In this document: positions 26,135 to 34,167 of the stretch, piece by piece
Numbering within the stretch: the stretch's first letter is position 1
Layout of the letters: each line of letters opens with the position of its first letter
DNA from: Candidatus Micrarchaeota archaeon
Lineage (GTDB): Archaea; Micrarchaeota; Micrarchaeia; Micrarchaeales; CABMGC01
Assembly (NCBI GenBank): GCA_021796225.1
Contig: JAJYOL010000003.1
Coordinates: forward strand, 28,042 to 92,041
Reading direction: 5' to 3'
DNA: 64,000 nucleotides
The notes under the pieces: generated by a model
What the model was told of the DNA's origin: nothing
What the model saw: the letters and a program-made list of their open reading frames with translations, nothing else
Database searches by the model: none
Position numbers and translations under genes: made by a program

Positions 26135-26179
26135 GTGATGACTTATCTTCTGATTTATGATGAAGATCTTGAGTGCTGA
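26135..26179 (+). ncRNA. Candidate C/D-box-like element (C, D', C', D in canonical order) in the histone gene leader
   Basis: GTGATGA(26135-41), 8 nt, CTGA(26150-53), TTT, ATGATGA(26157-63), 12 nt, CTGA(26176-79). No terminal stem was seen. Confidence 0.3.
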
Positions 26180-26184
26180 CAAAA

Positions 26185-26394
26185 ATGGCAAAATTACCGA
26201 GAGATGCAATACGTGAAATGGTAAAGAAGCACCTTAAGGCGGAGATAACGGAAGGCGGAGCCGATGAACTTGCCAAAATGCTTGAAAACGAGGCAAGGCT
26301 AATATCCGAATTCGCCGTGAAAAACGCGAAGAAGGAAAACCGGGAGAGAGTTACCAAGAAGGATATACTCAAATATTTCATACATAAGGCCTGA
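26185..26394 (+). CDS. Archaeal histone-fold protein
   Basis: MAKLPRDAIREMVKKHL...GGADELAKMLENEARLISEFAVKNAKKENRERVTKKDI aligns by eye with HMf-type histones (LP..pi.Ri.k......s.dA...l.......i...A...A.h.gRkT....Di). Confidence 0.8.
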   Translation: MAKLPRDAIREMVKKHLKAEITEGGADELAKMLENEARLISEFAVKNAKKENRERVTKKDILKYFIHKA

Positions 26395-26396
26395 AC

Positions 26397-26972
26397 ATGA
26401 ATAGCAGGATGGAAGTCTGCGGGAACGGAAAAGGAAAATACCGCACTTCGACGTACATAATCGAGGGTGAGCGATGCTTCGCCGTAGCCGAACGGATAAA
26501 GAATGGTGTGCTGGTATCCGAATTCGGGGAAAGGAGCGGCGTGCTGGGACAATCGTATTCTAAAGCGTCGGATCCGCTGGCAGAACTTGCAAAACATTTT
26601 TCAAGCGATTATAAGGTAAGTGAAACCGTCGGAAGGTATGAGAAGGTTGAAGCGTCGTTGCCGTGCGTTAAATGCGGCACCGGTAAGGTTGTAAGGGAGC
26701 TTGATACCGACGTAAAAGACACTGACGGCACCGTGCCCGTAGTTCCCATTTTCATATGCACATCGTGCGGGAACAAGTCGTATTCCATAAGCAGAAAATA
26801 TCTTGAAAAACTGGTTGACGGCAATCTTGAACTTTTCGAACAGGAAGAACTTGCAGAACGCTCCAAAGACAGTGGTATTTTTATAAACACGCTTGAGGAG
26901 TATATTATAAGAGTTTTCGCGTCGAAGAAGATAGACAGGCTTAAAGAACCGGGAATGAAGTGTTATCCATGA
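26397..26972 (+). CDS. Hypothetical protein with a zinc-ribbon (CxxC...CxxC)
   Basis: CVKCGTGK ... CTSCGNK, spaced about 35 aa apart. No other motif recognised. Confidence 0.5.
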   Translation: MNSRMEVCGNGKGKYRTSTYIIEGERCFAVAERIKNGVLVSEFGERSGVLGQSYSKASDPLAELAKHFSSDYKVSETVGRYEKVEASLPCVKCGTGKVVRELDTDVKDTDGTVPVVPIFICTSCGNKSYSISRKYLEKLVDGNLELFEQEELAERSKDSGIFINTLEEYIIRVFASKKIDRLKEPGMKCYP

Positions 26973-27229
26973 CAATAAGAATATCAGAACTTTACGGAAA
27001 AAAGGTCATTGCTTCCAACGGAAGCGTTCTAGGAGACGTCAAGGGCGTTATAGTCGATTTAAGCAACGGAAGCGTTGCACATCTGCTTCTCAGCCCGATG
27101 GACCATCTCGTAAGGAGCGGAGATCTTAAGGGGGATTTCAGGAAAAAGAGCGTGTCCTACGACAGAGTAACGAGAATCTCCGAAGGCATAGTGGTAAAGT
27201 CCGCTCCGCAGACACCGAAGCAGGATTAA
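26960..27229 (+). CDS. PRC-barrel domain protein
   Basis: ISELYGKKVIASNGSVLGDVKGVIVDLSNGSVAHLLL is a typical archaeal PRC-barrel N-terminus. Confidence 0.65.
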   Translation: MLSMTIRISELYGKKVIASNGSVLGDVKGVIVDLSNGSVAHLLLSPMDHLVRSGDLKGDFRKKSVSYDRVTRISEGIVVKSAPQTPKQD

Positions 27230-27357
27230 TCCGTGCTTACGGTCTTTGCAAGGGAACTTCTCCTCTTTGCCAATACCCTGTAGCCGCAGTACTGGCATCT
27301 GATGAACTTGTCCAGGGTCTTTACTTCCTTTCCACAGTGAAGGCATACGTATGGCAT
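27226..27357 (-). CDS. rpoP: DNA-directed RNA polymerase subunit P (Rpo12), 43 aa; below the ORF-track length cutoff
   Basis: My own translation of the minus strand gives MPYVCLHCGKEVKTLDKFIRCQYCGYRVLAKRRSSLAKTVSTD, a CxxC...CxxCG-R-[IV]-L-K-R zinc ribbon. It sits at the conserved position downstream of L37ae. Confidence 0.75.
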   Translation of the reverse strand: MPYVCLHCGKEVKTLDKFIRCQYCGYRVLAKRRSSLAKTVSTD

Positions 27358-27381
27358 AATATCACTCTATAAACATAATCG

Positions 27382-27753
27382 TTATTTCTTCATCTTCTTT
27401 AGCTCATCCTTGAGCCAGTTCGTAAGCTCGTTGTGCAGCTGGGACTTGCTCGTGTTTATTATTCTGACGCCTATCGCGGCTTTGTATTCCTCCTCGCTGA
27501 GTTTTATGACGTCCTGGTACTCAGGCATCTTTGCAAAATGCACTTCTAGCCAGTGCAGTCTGCCGTGCATGTAATCGCGCACCACTTCATCGGTAAGCGG
27601 AAGCGACGTGAAACTGAAAGCTATGCCGTTCGCCCAATACAGCGGTATCGTACCGGCAGGCGTAACGCGTTCCCTCACGAGATCGTCGAGCTCAACGTAT
27701 GCTATGTCGTGCACCACGAGCTCCATAGCTGGCGCGAAGGTTATCTTTACCAT
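27382..27753 (-). CDS. Hypothetical protein embedded between rpl37ae and rpoP
   Basis: 123-aa ORF, 1 nt after the L37ae stop. No motif recognised. Confidence 0.5.
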   Translation of the reverse strand: MVKITFAPAMELVVHDIAYVELDDLVRERVTPAGTIPLYWANGIAFSFTSLPLTDEVVRDYMHGRLHWLEVHFAKMPEYQDVIKLSEEEYKAAIGVRIINTSKSQLHNELTNWLKDELKKMKK

Positions 27754-27754
27754 T

Positions 27755-28003
27755 TTATCTTGCCTGGTCTCCCTGTATTCTGTTCAGCGCCATGCTTACG
27801 GTTTCTCCTGCAGCGGTCTTTAGCGTATATGCTCCGCCGGTAAAAGTGGCGTTGCAATACTTGCAGTTCCATATGCCGGTACTGATACGCTTTACAGCGA
27901 CCTTTCCGCACACGTCACATTTGTACTTGCTCTTCTTGTCCTTTTGTACGGCCCTGAACCTCTTCCTGAGGCCTACTCCGTATCTTATGCTAGAGTTTGA
28001 CAT
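27755..28003 (-). CDS. rpl37ae: 50S ribosomal protein L37Ae (eL43)
   Basis: RYGVGLRKRFRAVQKDKKSKYKCDVCGKVAVKRISTGIWNCKYCNATFTGGAY. Confidence 0.9.
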   Translation of the reverse strand: MSNSSIRYGVGLRKRFRAVQKDKKSKYKCDVCGKVAVKRISTGIWNCKYCNATFTGGAYTLKTAAGETVSMALNRIQGDQAR

Positions 28004-28798
28004 TCATTCACCGATTGAATTGTTAATAGATTTTCTCAGTTCCTTCGACTTTTCAAACGTTACTTCGAGCATGTCAGCAACCTCCTTTTCGGTAAAGGAT
28101 CCTTCCAGACCCTTCTGCATTGCGCGGACGACGTTTTCGTCGTTTGCTATGGTAAGCCTTGCTGATGCGAATGATTCCTCATTTGCATTCATGTCGAGTA
28201 TCATATTCCCGGCAACGCTTCCGAATGTGCATGACGTAACCATGTTTCCCGTAAGAGGAAGCTTGCCCAGATTGCCTTCGCGTATGACCTGTTCGTTTTC
28301 ATATTTCGGCATGCGTGCGCTCAATATCGCGGTCGTAGCCGCAAGCGTGCATGCATCGAAAAGATTGCCGTCGAAATTCAAGACGTAAAGATCCGTGTAA
28401 ACATCCCATACCTTTTCCTCTTCTATGAAGAGTTTTGGAAGGTCGATGATGTTCGCGGCCCTTATGCCCCTGTCGACAACTCTTGCGAGCTCTATCGCTT
28501 CGGGACTTGGCGGACCTGTTTCGAAGTCTGGAGATGCAAGCGGAAGCAATTCCGCAGACATTGCCATGTTACCTTCATTCGGCCTGTCCTTCATTGGTGA
28601 GCCGAGAACCACTTTCACTCCGGCTATTACTCTCGTGTATCCGAGATTCACAGTTGCGGATCCTTCAGCGTTTGGCATCGTGCCCTTCTCAATCGTATAC
28701 TTTCTGAAGTCGTTGCTTTTTCTGCCGTCTTCCCTTGAGCCTTTGCTAAGCAGTTCTTTTATGTATTCGTATGAAGTTGTGTTTTTCATGTTAATCAC
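28004..28798 (-). CDS. rrp42: Exosome complex component Rrp42 (RNase PH-like, non-catalytic)
   Basis: REDGRKSNDFRKYTIEKG...GSATVNLGYTRVIAGVK RNase PH fold, positioned after rrp41. Confidence 0.85.
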   Translation of the reverse strand: MINMKNTTSYEYIKELLSKGSREDGRKSNDFRKYTIEKGTMPNAEGSATVNLGYTRVIAGVKVVLGSPMKDRPNEGNMAMSAELLPLASPDFETGPPSPEAIELARVVDRGIRAANIIDLPKLFIEEEKVWDVYTDLYVLNFDGNLFDACTLAATTAILSARMPKYENEQVIREGNLGKLPLTGNMVTSCTFGSVAGNMILDMNANEESFASARLTIANDENVVRAMQKGLEGSFTEKEVADMLEVTFEKSKELRKSINNSIGE

Positions 28799-29568
28799 TC
28801 TTTGTTCCCCTGCTGCGACGGCGCCTCGTTCTTGTATTTTTCAAGAGTCTTCAGATAAGGCTCCTTGAGCGCGTCTGATTGCAGCTTAGAAATCACTTCC
28901 CCCGCCTTCTTTGCGAGGCTTATTGCACTTGTGACTTCCTCCTTGGTAAGATTGCCGTCCATCTGAAGAAGGAGCAAATTGCCCTGCTTCGGACCTATTA
29001 CCATCGGCATGTCCGCATCGGAATAGTTGTCTTCGATTTTGTTTAAGTCTACTACAAGCGTGTCTCCTATTTTTCCTATTGAAACCCCGAAAGGAACGTC
29101 AGACATCGGTATTCCGCTTGATGCCATTGCAACTGCGGCTGCGGTAACTCCTGCTGCGCGCGTGCCTCCGTCGCTTTGCAGTACTTCAACGTATATGTTG
29201 ATTTCCGTTCCCGGAAAATTCTCAAGCAGCACGACGTTTTCGAACACTTCCTTTGTAACTTTGGATATTTCTATTGCCCTTCTGTTCGGCCCGGTTCTTC
29301 CGTGATCCTCAAGCGATGAGAATGGTGCCATCATGTATCTGCATTTTATCACTGCGCGTTCGGGATCTGCAGTGTGTTTTGGAAGTGCTTCCGTAGGACC
29401 ATATACAGCGGCGAGTATCTTGTTCGTACCCCATTCTATGTATGCGGATCCTGCGGCATTTCTTATCACGTTTGTCTTTATCGATATTGGACGCAGTTCC
29501 TCGAAGGCTCTTCCGTCGAGCCTTTTTCCGTCGACTATTAATTGCGGTTTTTCTTGTGATGATGACAT
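28795..29568 (-). CDS. rrp41: Exosome complex exonuclease Rrp41 (RNase PH-like, catalytic)
   Basis: GKRLDGRAFEELRPI...GSAYIEWGTNKILAAVYGP...DGGTRAAGVTAAAVAMA. The ATG at 29568 (MSSSQEK) is preferred. Confidence 0.9.
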   Translation of the reverse strand: MSSSQEKPQLIVDGKRLDGRAFEELRPISIKTNVIRNAAGSAYIEWGTNKILAAVYGPTEALPKHTADPERAVIKCRYMMAPFSSLEDHGRTGPNRRAIEISKVTKEVFENVVLLENFPGTEINIYVEVLQSDGGTRAAGVTAAAVAMASSGIPMSDVPFGVSIGKIGDTLVVDLNKIEDNYSDADMPMVIGPKQGNLLLLQMDGNLTKEEVTSAISLAKKAGEVISKLQSDALKEPYLKTLEKYKNEAPSQQGNKE

Positions 29569-29572
29569 AGTA

Positions 29573-30172
29573 TTACACCCCCATTTCAAGAAGTGACATT
29601 ACGCGATTTGTCAGCCCGTTCGTGTGTGCCTCTTCCTGAATCATGTTTATTGCCTCTGTTGTAAGATCAACTTTCCCGTCCTTTATCCAGATAATGCCAT
29701 TCATCCCCACTGTAACGCGGGTTCCTGTCTTGGCAGTCAGCTGTTTTATCATGTTGTTGCCTCTGCCGAGTATCCTCGGGATTTTTGACGGCTTGACGTA
29801 TAGAAGTTTTCCGCCGGTAAGCCTTCTGGGCCTTCCGAGAATCACGGTCTTCGTCTTGTCCATCTCCTTTACCGTTGCTTCTATTATGTCCCCTGCGACG
29901 AACTCCTCGTTTGAGTCCTTGGAGAATATGAGGCCGCGGTAAGGCGCCTGCAGATCGACTATGTAAACGTTAAACTTGTCTTCCTGTATTCTGCCTATTA
30001 TCGTATCCCCAGATATCGGATACCACAATCCTTCCAGCGGTATCAATATCTTCTTTTCGTCATCGTATGAACTCATCAATGTGGAATAAGTTTTTCCATT
30101 TTCAATGATGGTCCCCTCTATCCTGAGGGATTTGTCTTCCAATTTTTCTCCTGGTATTACTATCCTTTGCAT
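29573..30172 (-). CDS. rrp4: Exosome complex RNA-binding protein Rrp4 (S1 + KH)
   Basis: VIPGEKL N-terminal domain, an S1-like GDTIIGRI...YIVDL segment, and a KH-like ILGRGNNMIKQLTAKTGTRVTVGMNGIIWI segment. Confidence 0.85.
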   Translation of the reverse strand: MQRIVIPGEKLEDKSLRIEGTIIENGKTYSTLMSSYDDEKKILIPLEGLWYPISGDTIIGRIQEDKFNVYIVDLQAPYRGLIFSKDSNEEFVAGDIIEATVKEMDKTKTVILGRPRRLTGGKLLYVKPSKIPRILGRGNNMIKQLTAKTGTRVTVGMNGIIWIKDGKVDLTTEAINMIQEEAHTNGLTNRVMSLLEMGV

Positions 30173-30183
30173 TCTTTACACCA

Positions 30184-30876
30184 TTAATCCAGCGATTTTG
30201 TGACCGCACTTCCTTTGGTCAGGGAATTCAGCTTGTCGAAGAACTCAAGTTTCAGTCCGGCAGGAAACTCCACTCTGACTTTTAATGAGCCATCGTTGAG
30301 CCATTCCTCGGATTTGAGACCGTACTGCTTCAATAGCCCGTAGCACCTGTTCGTGAATTCAGGAGGTATCGTAACCTCCAGCTTCGCGGTTGCAAACTTT
30401 ATCGGGAGAATCGCGTTTATCTTCTTGAGCACGATTTCCGTCTGTTCGCTCACAGGCTTGAACGGTTCTATCGACACGCGCGCTTCGTGCATTGCATTCT
30501 CAATCCTCTGTTCGGGATGGGGTGCATTGGTGCGCGGATCGATTGAATTTCTCGCTATGAGGGCCACTATCTGCTTTCTTTTTTCTTCAGTGAGCTTTGC
30601 TCTCTGTTCCGTAGTTATCGGCACATCGCCGTGCTTTAGTATCACATCTGCAATCTTTGTTATGTCTTCGGTATTGAAGGCTTTCTTTATCTTGTCCTGC
30701 GACTGTCTCTTTCCCTTGTTTGCGTCTTCGAAAACCTCCTCTGCCTGCAAAACGGTCATTACGTTTGTCTTCTTTCCCGTTATGTAGTCGTATGCCTCAT
30801 CGGCATCAACAAGAAGCTCAAATCTGTTGCCGTTTAGGGTATATTTGGCAACTACTGTCTTTGACATTTTGCTCAC
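30184..30876 (-). CDS. SBDS (Shwachman-Bodian-Diamond) family ribosome maturation protein
   Basis: VAKYTLNGNRFELLVDADEAYDY...VFEDANKG N-terminal FYSH-like domain, in the conserved superoperon position. Confidence 0.8.
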   Translation of the reverse strand: MSKMSKTVVAKYTLNGNRFELLVDADEAYDYITGKKTNVMTVLQAEEVFEDANKGKRQSQDKIKKAFNTEDITKIADVILKHGDVPITTEQRAKLTEEKRKQIVALIARNSIDPRTNAPHPEQRIENAMHEARVSIEPFKPVSEQTEIVLKKINAILPIKFATAKLEVTIPPEFTNRCYGLLKQYGLKSEEWLNDGSLKVRVEFPAGLKLEFFDKLNSLTKGSAVTKSLD

Positions 30877-30881
30877 TGATA

Positions 30882-31577
30882 TCAGAGGTATCCGGAAAGC
30901 TTCTCAGGAGGTAGAAATACAAATTCTTCCGAATCGATCACATAGCCGATATCGAGATTTGCCTCTGAAAGCTTATCGTCGCTTACCTTTTTAAGTATCT
31001 TGACTCCGAGCGCTATCGCGTCCTCGAGCCTTATGTTTTTCTTGTATTCTTTGACCAGTATCTCCGTGGCGACCTTCTTGCCGACGCCTATTGCGTCCGC
31101 CTGATAGCCGAGGAATGAAGCTCCAGGCTCTATTTCAAAGAGCCTTGGCTCCGTGTCTATTCCCCCAACGAGCATTGAGACCGCATATGGTCGCATGCCG
31201 CCGTATTGGGTTGCCTGCATCATGTATGAGGATATCCCTTTTGACAGTGATTCTACAGACTTTACGTCGTCATAAATGAGCCTGTGGTTCTGCGTCGAAG
31301 ATCTTGCCATGTCTATTATGTGCAATCCGTCAGCGACCATCCCGCTGTACGTTGCGCCTATGTGTGCGTCTATCCTGAAAACCTTCTGTATGGTTGACGG
31401 TACTGCAAGAGGTTCGGTAACGTTCTTGTGTGCCACGAATACGACGGAGTTTTCGGCAATCATGCCTATCGAAGTAGCGCCCTTGCGCACCGCTTCCTTG
31501 GCATATTCTACCTGAAACAGCCTCCCGTCCGGATTAAACATTACTCCCCTATCATATGCTTGTACGTTCGGATACAT
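30882..31577 (-). CDS. psmA: Proteasome subunit alpha
   Basis: YDRGVMFNPDGRLFQVEYAKEAVRKGATSIG signature. Confidence 0.9.
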   Translation of the reverse strand: MYPNVQAYDRGVMFNPDGRLFQVEYAKEAVRKGATSIGMIAENSVVFVAHKNVTEPLAVPSTIQKVFRIDAHIGATYSGMVADGLHIIDMARSSTQNHRLIYDDVKSVESLSKGISSYMMQATQYGGMRPYAVSMLVGGIDTEPRLFEIEPGASFLGYQADAIGVGKKVATEILVKEYKKNIRLEDAIALGVKILKKVSDDKLSEANLDIGYVIDSEEFVFLPPEKLSGYL

Positions 31578-31804
31578 TGATGCACCTTTAATAGAATAAT
31601 ACAGAGATTATAGTCCTTGAATAACCATTAAAGACATGGTCCTTCAAAAGTTATAATACTTTCGTAAGTTAATATTACTACGTTAATGTTGCAATGACTT
31701 ATATTTATATGTATAGATTTTAAATATGGTAGCATAGTCCTGCAACTGGCGGCTTGAGCCGCGCATTCTGGCATGTAACTTCATTGCGCGGTATAGGTGA
31801 TACC

Positions 31805-32605
31805 ATGGTTGGCAAAGAAGAAGCAAATACGGAGGGTCAGCAGCAAATCCACCCCTCATTCCTTAGAACCATGGAGCAGAAGAACGGCATAACCTCGAAA
31901 CTGGCAGGCATAAAACACAAAATAGGCATATACAGCGCGAAAGGAGGGGTAGGGAAAACCACTGTAGCGGTAAATCTCGCTTACACGCTCAATGATATGG
32001 GATATAGGGTTGGTCTGCTCGATGCGGACGTGGATACGCCCAATGTGAACCTGTTCCTTGGCATAAACAGCGTTGGAAATGCAGAATATCCGCTAAAACC
32101 AATAGACAAAGACGGAGTAAAGGTAATTTCAACGGCGATGTTCCTTGATGATCAAAAGAAGCCGATTATATGGCGCGGCCCGATAGTCGGCAAGATGATA
32201 TACGAATTCCTTGGGGAGACTGCCTGGGGTGAGCTCGATTACCTTATAATCGACCTGCCTCCCGGAACTTCCGATGCGCCTTTATCGATAATGCAGCTGC
32301 TTAAAATGGACGGTTTCATACTTGTAACGACCCCGCAACGCATTGCCGCGGTGAATGCCATACGCTCCGGTATGATGGCCCGACGAATGGGCATATCGGT
32401 GCTTGGCGTCATTGAAAATATGTCTGGAGACAGACCGCGCGGAGCGGAAGAAGTCGCAAAGGAGATGGATTGCCGGATGCTCGGCGCAGTAAGACATGAT
32501 GGGAGAATGTCAGAACTCTCGGATAAAGGACTCGTTCCGGTCAAAGAGGATAAGGAAATAGGCAGGACTTTTACGGAAATAGCAAAAAAAATAGCAGAAG
32601 CGTGA
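31805..32605 (+). CDS. Mrp/NBP35-family iron-sulfur cluster carrier ATPase
   Basis: IGIYSAKGGVGKTTVAVNLAYTL deviant Walker A, and DYLIIDLPPGTSD. Confidence 0.85.
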   Translation: MVGKEEANTEGQQQIHPSFLRTMEQKNGITSKLAGIKHKIGIYSAKGGVGKTTVAVNLAYTLNDMGYRVGLLDADVDTPNVNLFLGINSVGNAEYPLKPIDKDGVKVISTAMFLDDQKKPIIWRGPIVGKMIYEFLGETAWGELDYLIIDLPPGTSDAPLSIMQLLKMDGFILVTTPQRIAAVNAIRSGMMARRMGISVLGVIENMSGDRPRGAEEVAKEMDCRMLGAVRHDGRMSELSDKGLVPVKEDKEIGRTFTEIAKKIAEA

Positions 32606-32609
32606 ACGC

Positions 32610-33824
32610 ATGGATGAACCATTCGCAGGTATATTCAAGGAATCGAAGGTATTCGCTGAACGCGGAGTCATGTCGCCACATTATATTCCGGCCCATCTGC
32701 TTTTCAGAGACGCGCAGATAAACGAGATAGTCAAGGCGTTGACGCCGACGCTGCGCGGAGAAAGAGGGCGCAATCTTTTCATCTACGGCAAGACGGGCAC
32801 AGGGAAAACTTCATGCATAAAACACGTCATCTCTAAGATAAATGAATTGCCTATGATACGCGCCAAGATATCATACGTCAACTGCAAGATATACAATTCT
32901 AGATACAGGGTCTTGAACAAAATAGTAAGCGACCATATGCCCCTGTATGCGAAGCGCGGATACGGCATAATCGATATCTATGAACGCATAATAAACTGGA
33001 TAGACGAAGACGGCAAAATACTCATAGTCGTGCTTGACGAAATAGACATCGTAAAAGACCTTGACGATTTGATATACACGCTTACCAGGGCTAACAGCGA
33101 TATAAAGTCGGGAGGCATCGCGATAATAGGCATATCCAACAGGGTTTCATTCAAGGAAACGCTCGACCCGAGAAGCAGGTCGACGCTTTACGAAAAGGAA
33201 CTCGTATTTCCACCATATAATTCCACGGAACTTGCAACGATATTGAAGGATCGAGCGGCGAAAGGGTTCAAGAAGGATATTGTAGAACCTTCCGCAATAA
33301 ATCTCGCGGCGGCGCTTGCAGCCAATGAGAGCGGTGATGCGAGGCTTGCACTTAAGATCTTATCAAAGGCGGGAGAGCTTGCAGAAGACAGTGAAACAGG
33401 TATCGTAAGTGCCGAATTCGTGAAAAAAGCTGCGCACGAAGCCGAAGAGGAGATTGCATACGAACTCGTGAACACTCTTCCGGAACACCAGAAATTGATA
33501 ATATATGCGATTGCATTGTTGTCTCTTCAAGGAAGCCGATACAAGAAGCTCACCGAAGGCAGCGATACTTACATATTCAGCGGGGAGATTTACAATAAAT
33601 ACGTGGGAATAACGGGAACCATGCATAAGGAAGCGAAGAGCTCGAGATGGTACAGAAAATACATATCCGATTTGGAAATGCAGGGACTCATACAAACTTA
33701 CGAATCGGGAAAAGGAATACGCGGGCATACTAAACTGATAAAACTATCCTATTCCCCGGAGAAGATAAAAAACACGATAGAGAAGGGATTATTCAGGGAG
33801 TCAGAAGCGGAAAAAACAGAATGA
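32610..33824 (+). CDS. cdc6: Orc1/Cdc6 replication initiator
   Basis: LFIYGKTGTGKTS Walker A, IVVLDEID Walker B, SGDARLALKIL sensor 2, and a C-terminal winged helix. Confidence 0.9.
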   Translation: MDEPFAGIFKESKVFAERGVMSPHYIPAHLLFRDAQINEIVKALTPTLRGERGRNLFIYGKTGTGKTSCIKHVISKINELPMIRAKISYVNCKIYNSRYRVLNKIVSDHMPLYAKRGYGIIDIYERIINWIDEDGKILIVVLDEIDIVKDLDDLIYTLTRANSDIKSGGIAIIGISNRVSFKETLDPRSRSTLYEKELVFPPYNSTELATILKDRAAKGFKKDIVEPSAINLAAALAANESGDARLALKILSKAGELAEDSETGIVSAEFVKKAAHEAEEEIAYELVNTLPEHQKLIIYAIALLSLQGSRYKKLTEGSDTYIFSGEIYNKYVGITGTMHKEAKSSRWYRKYISDLEMQGLIQTYESGKGIRGHTKLIKLSYSPEKIKNTIEKGLFRESEAEKTE

Positions 33825-33837
33825 GAGGCAGCTTTTC

Positions 33838-34167
33838 ATGGAAGAACGAAACGGCGTAAAGGAAGTGACGCTTACCGAAGCGCTTGAGATTGTCAGGAAG
33901 AATAATGTCAAACTCGTATGGCTCGGAAGGGAAGATTTGGAATACGTTTCCGGTCTTCTGAAATTGAAAAATAACGAAATGATAAGCGTAGGCCCGAACG
34001 AATTGTTAGGATCTCCGGAAAAAGCCAGGCATTTCGAGAATGCCATCATGGTGTGCTATCACGGCAACACTTCCGCAGTTGTCGCCAGAATACTTAAGGA
34101 AAGATACAAAGTCAGCACGTATTCGCTGAAAGGAGGAGTAACCGCGACGCTTGGCGAAATATTTTAG
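33838..34167 (+). CDS. Rhodanese-like domain protein
   Basis: MVCYHGNTSAVVARILKE...LKGGV active-site loop (CxxGxxS). Confidence 0.65.
   Translation: MEERNGVKEVTLTEALEIVRKNNVKLVWLGREDLEYVSGLLKLKNNEMISVGPNELLGSPEKARHFENAIMVCYHGNTSAVVARILKERYKVSTYSLKGGVTATLGEIF

Noticed and set aside
26173-26184. GTG start (track ORF 26173) for the histone gene.
   Set aside because: The ATG at 26185 gives the canonical histone N-terminus MAKLP. The upstream codons overlap the C/D-like element.
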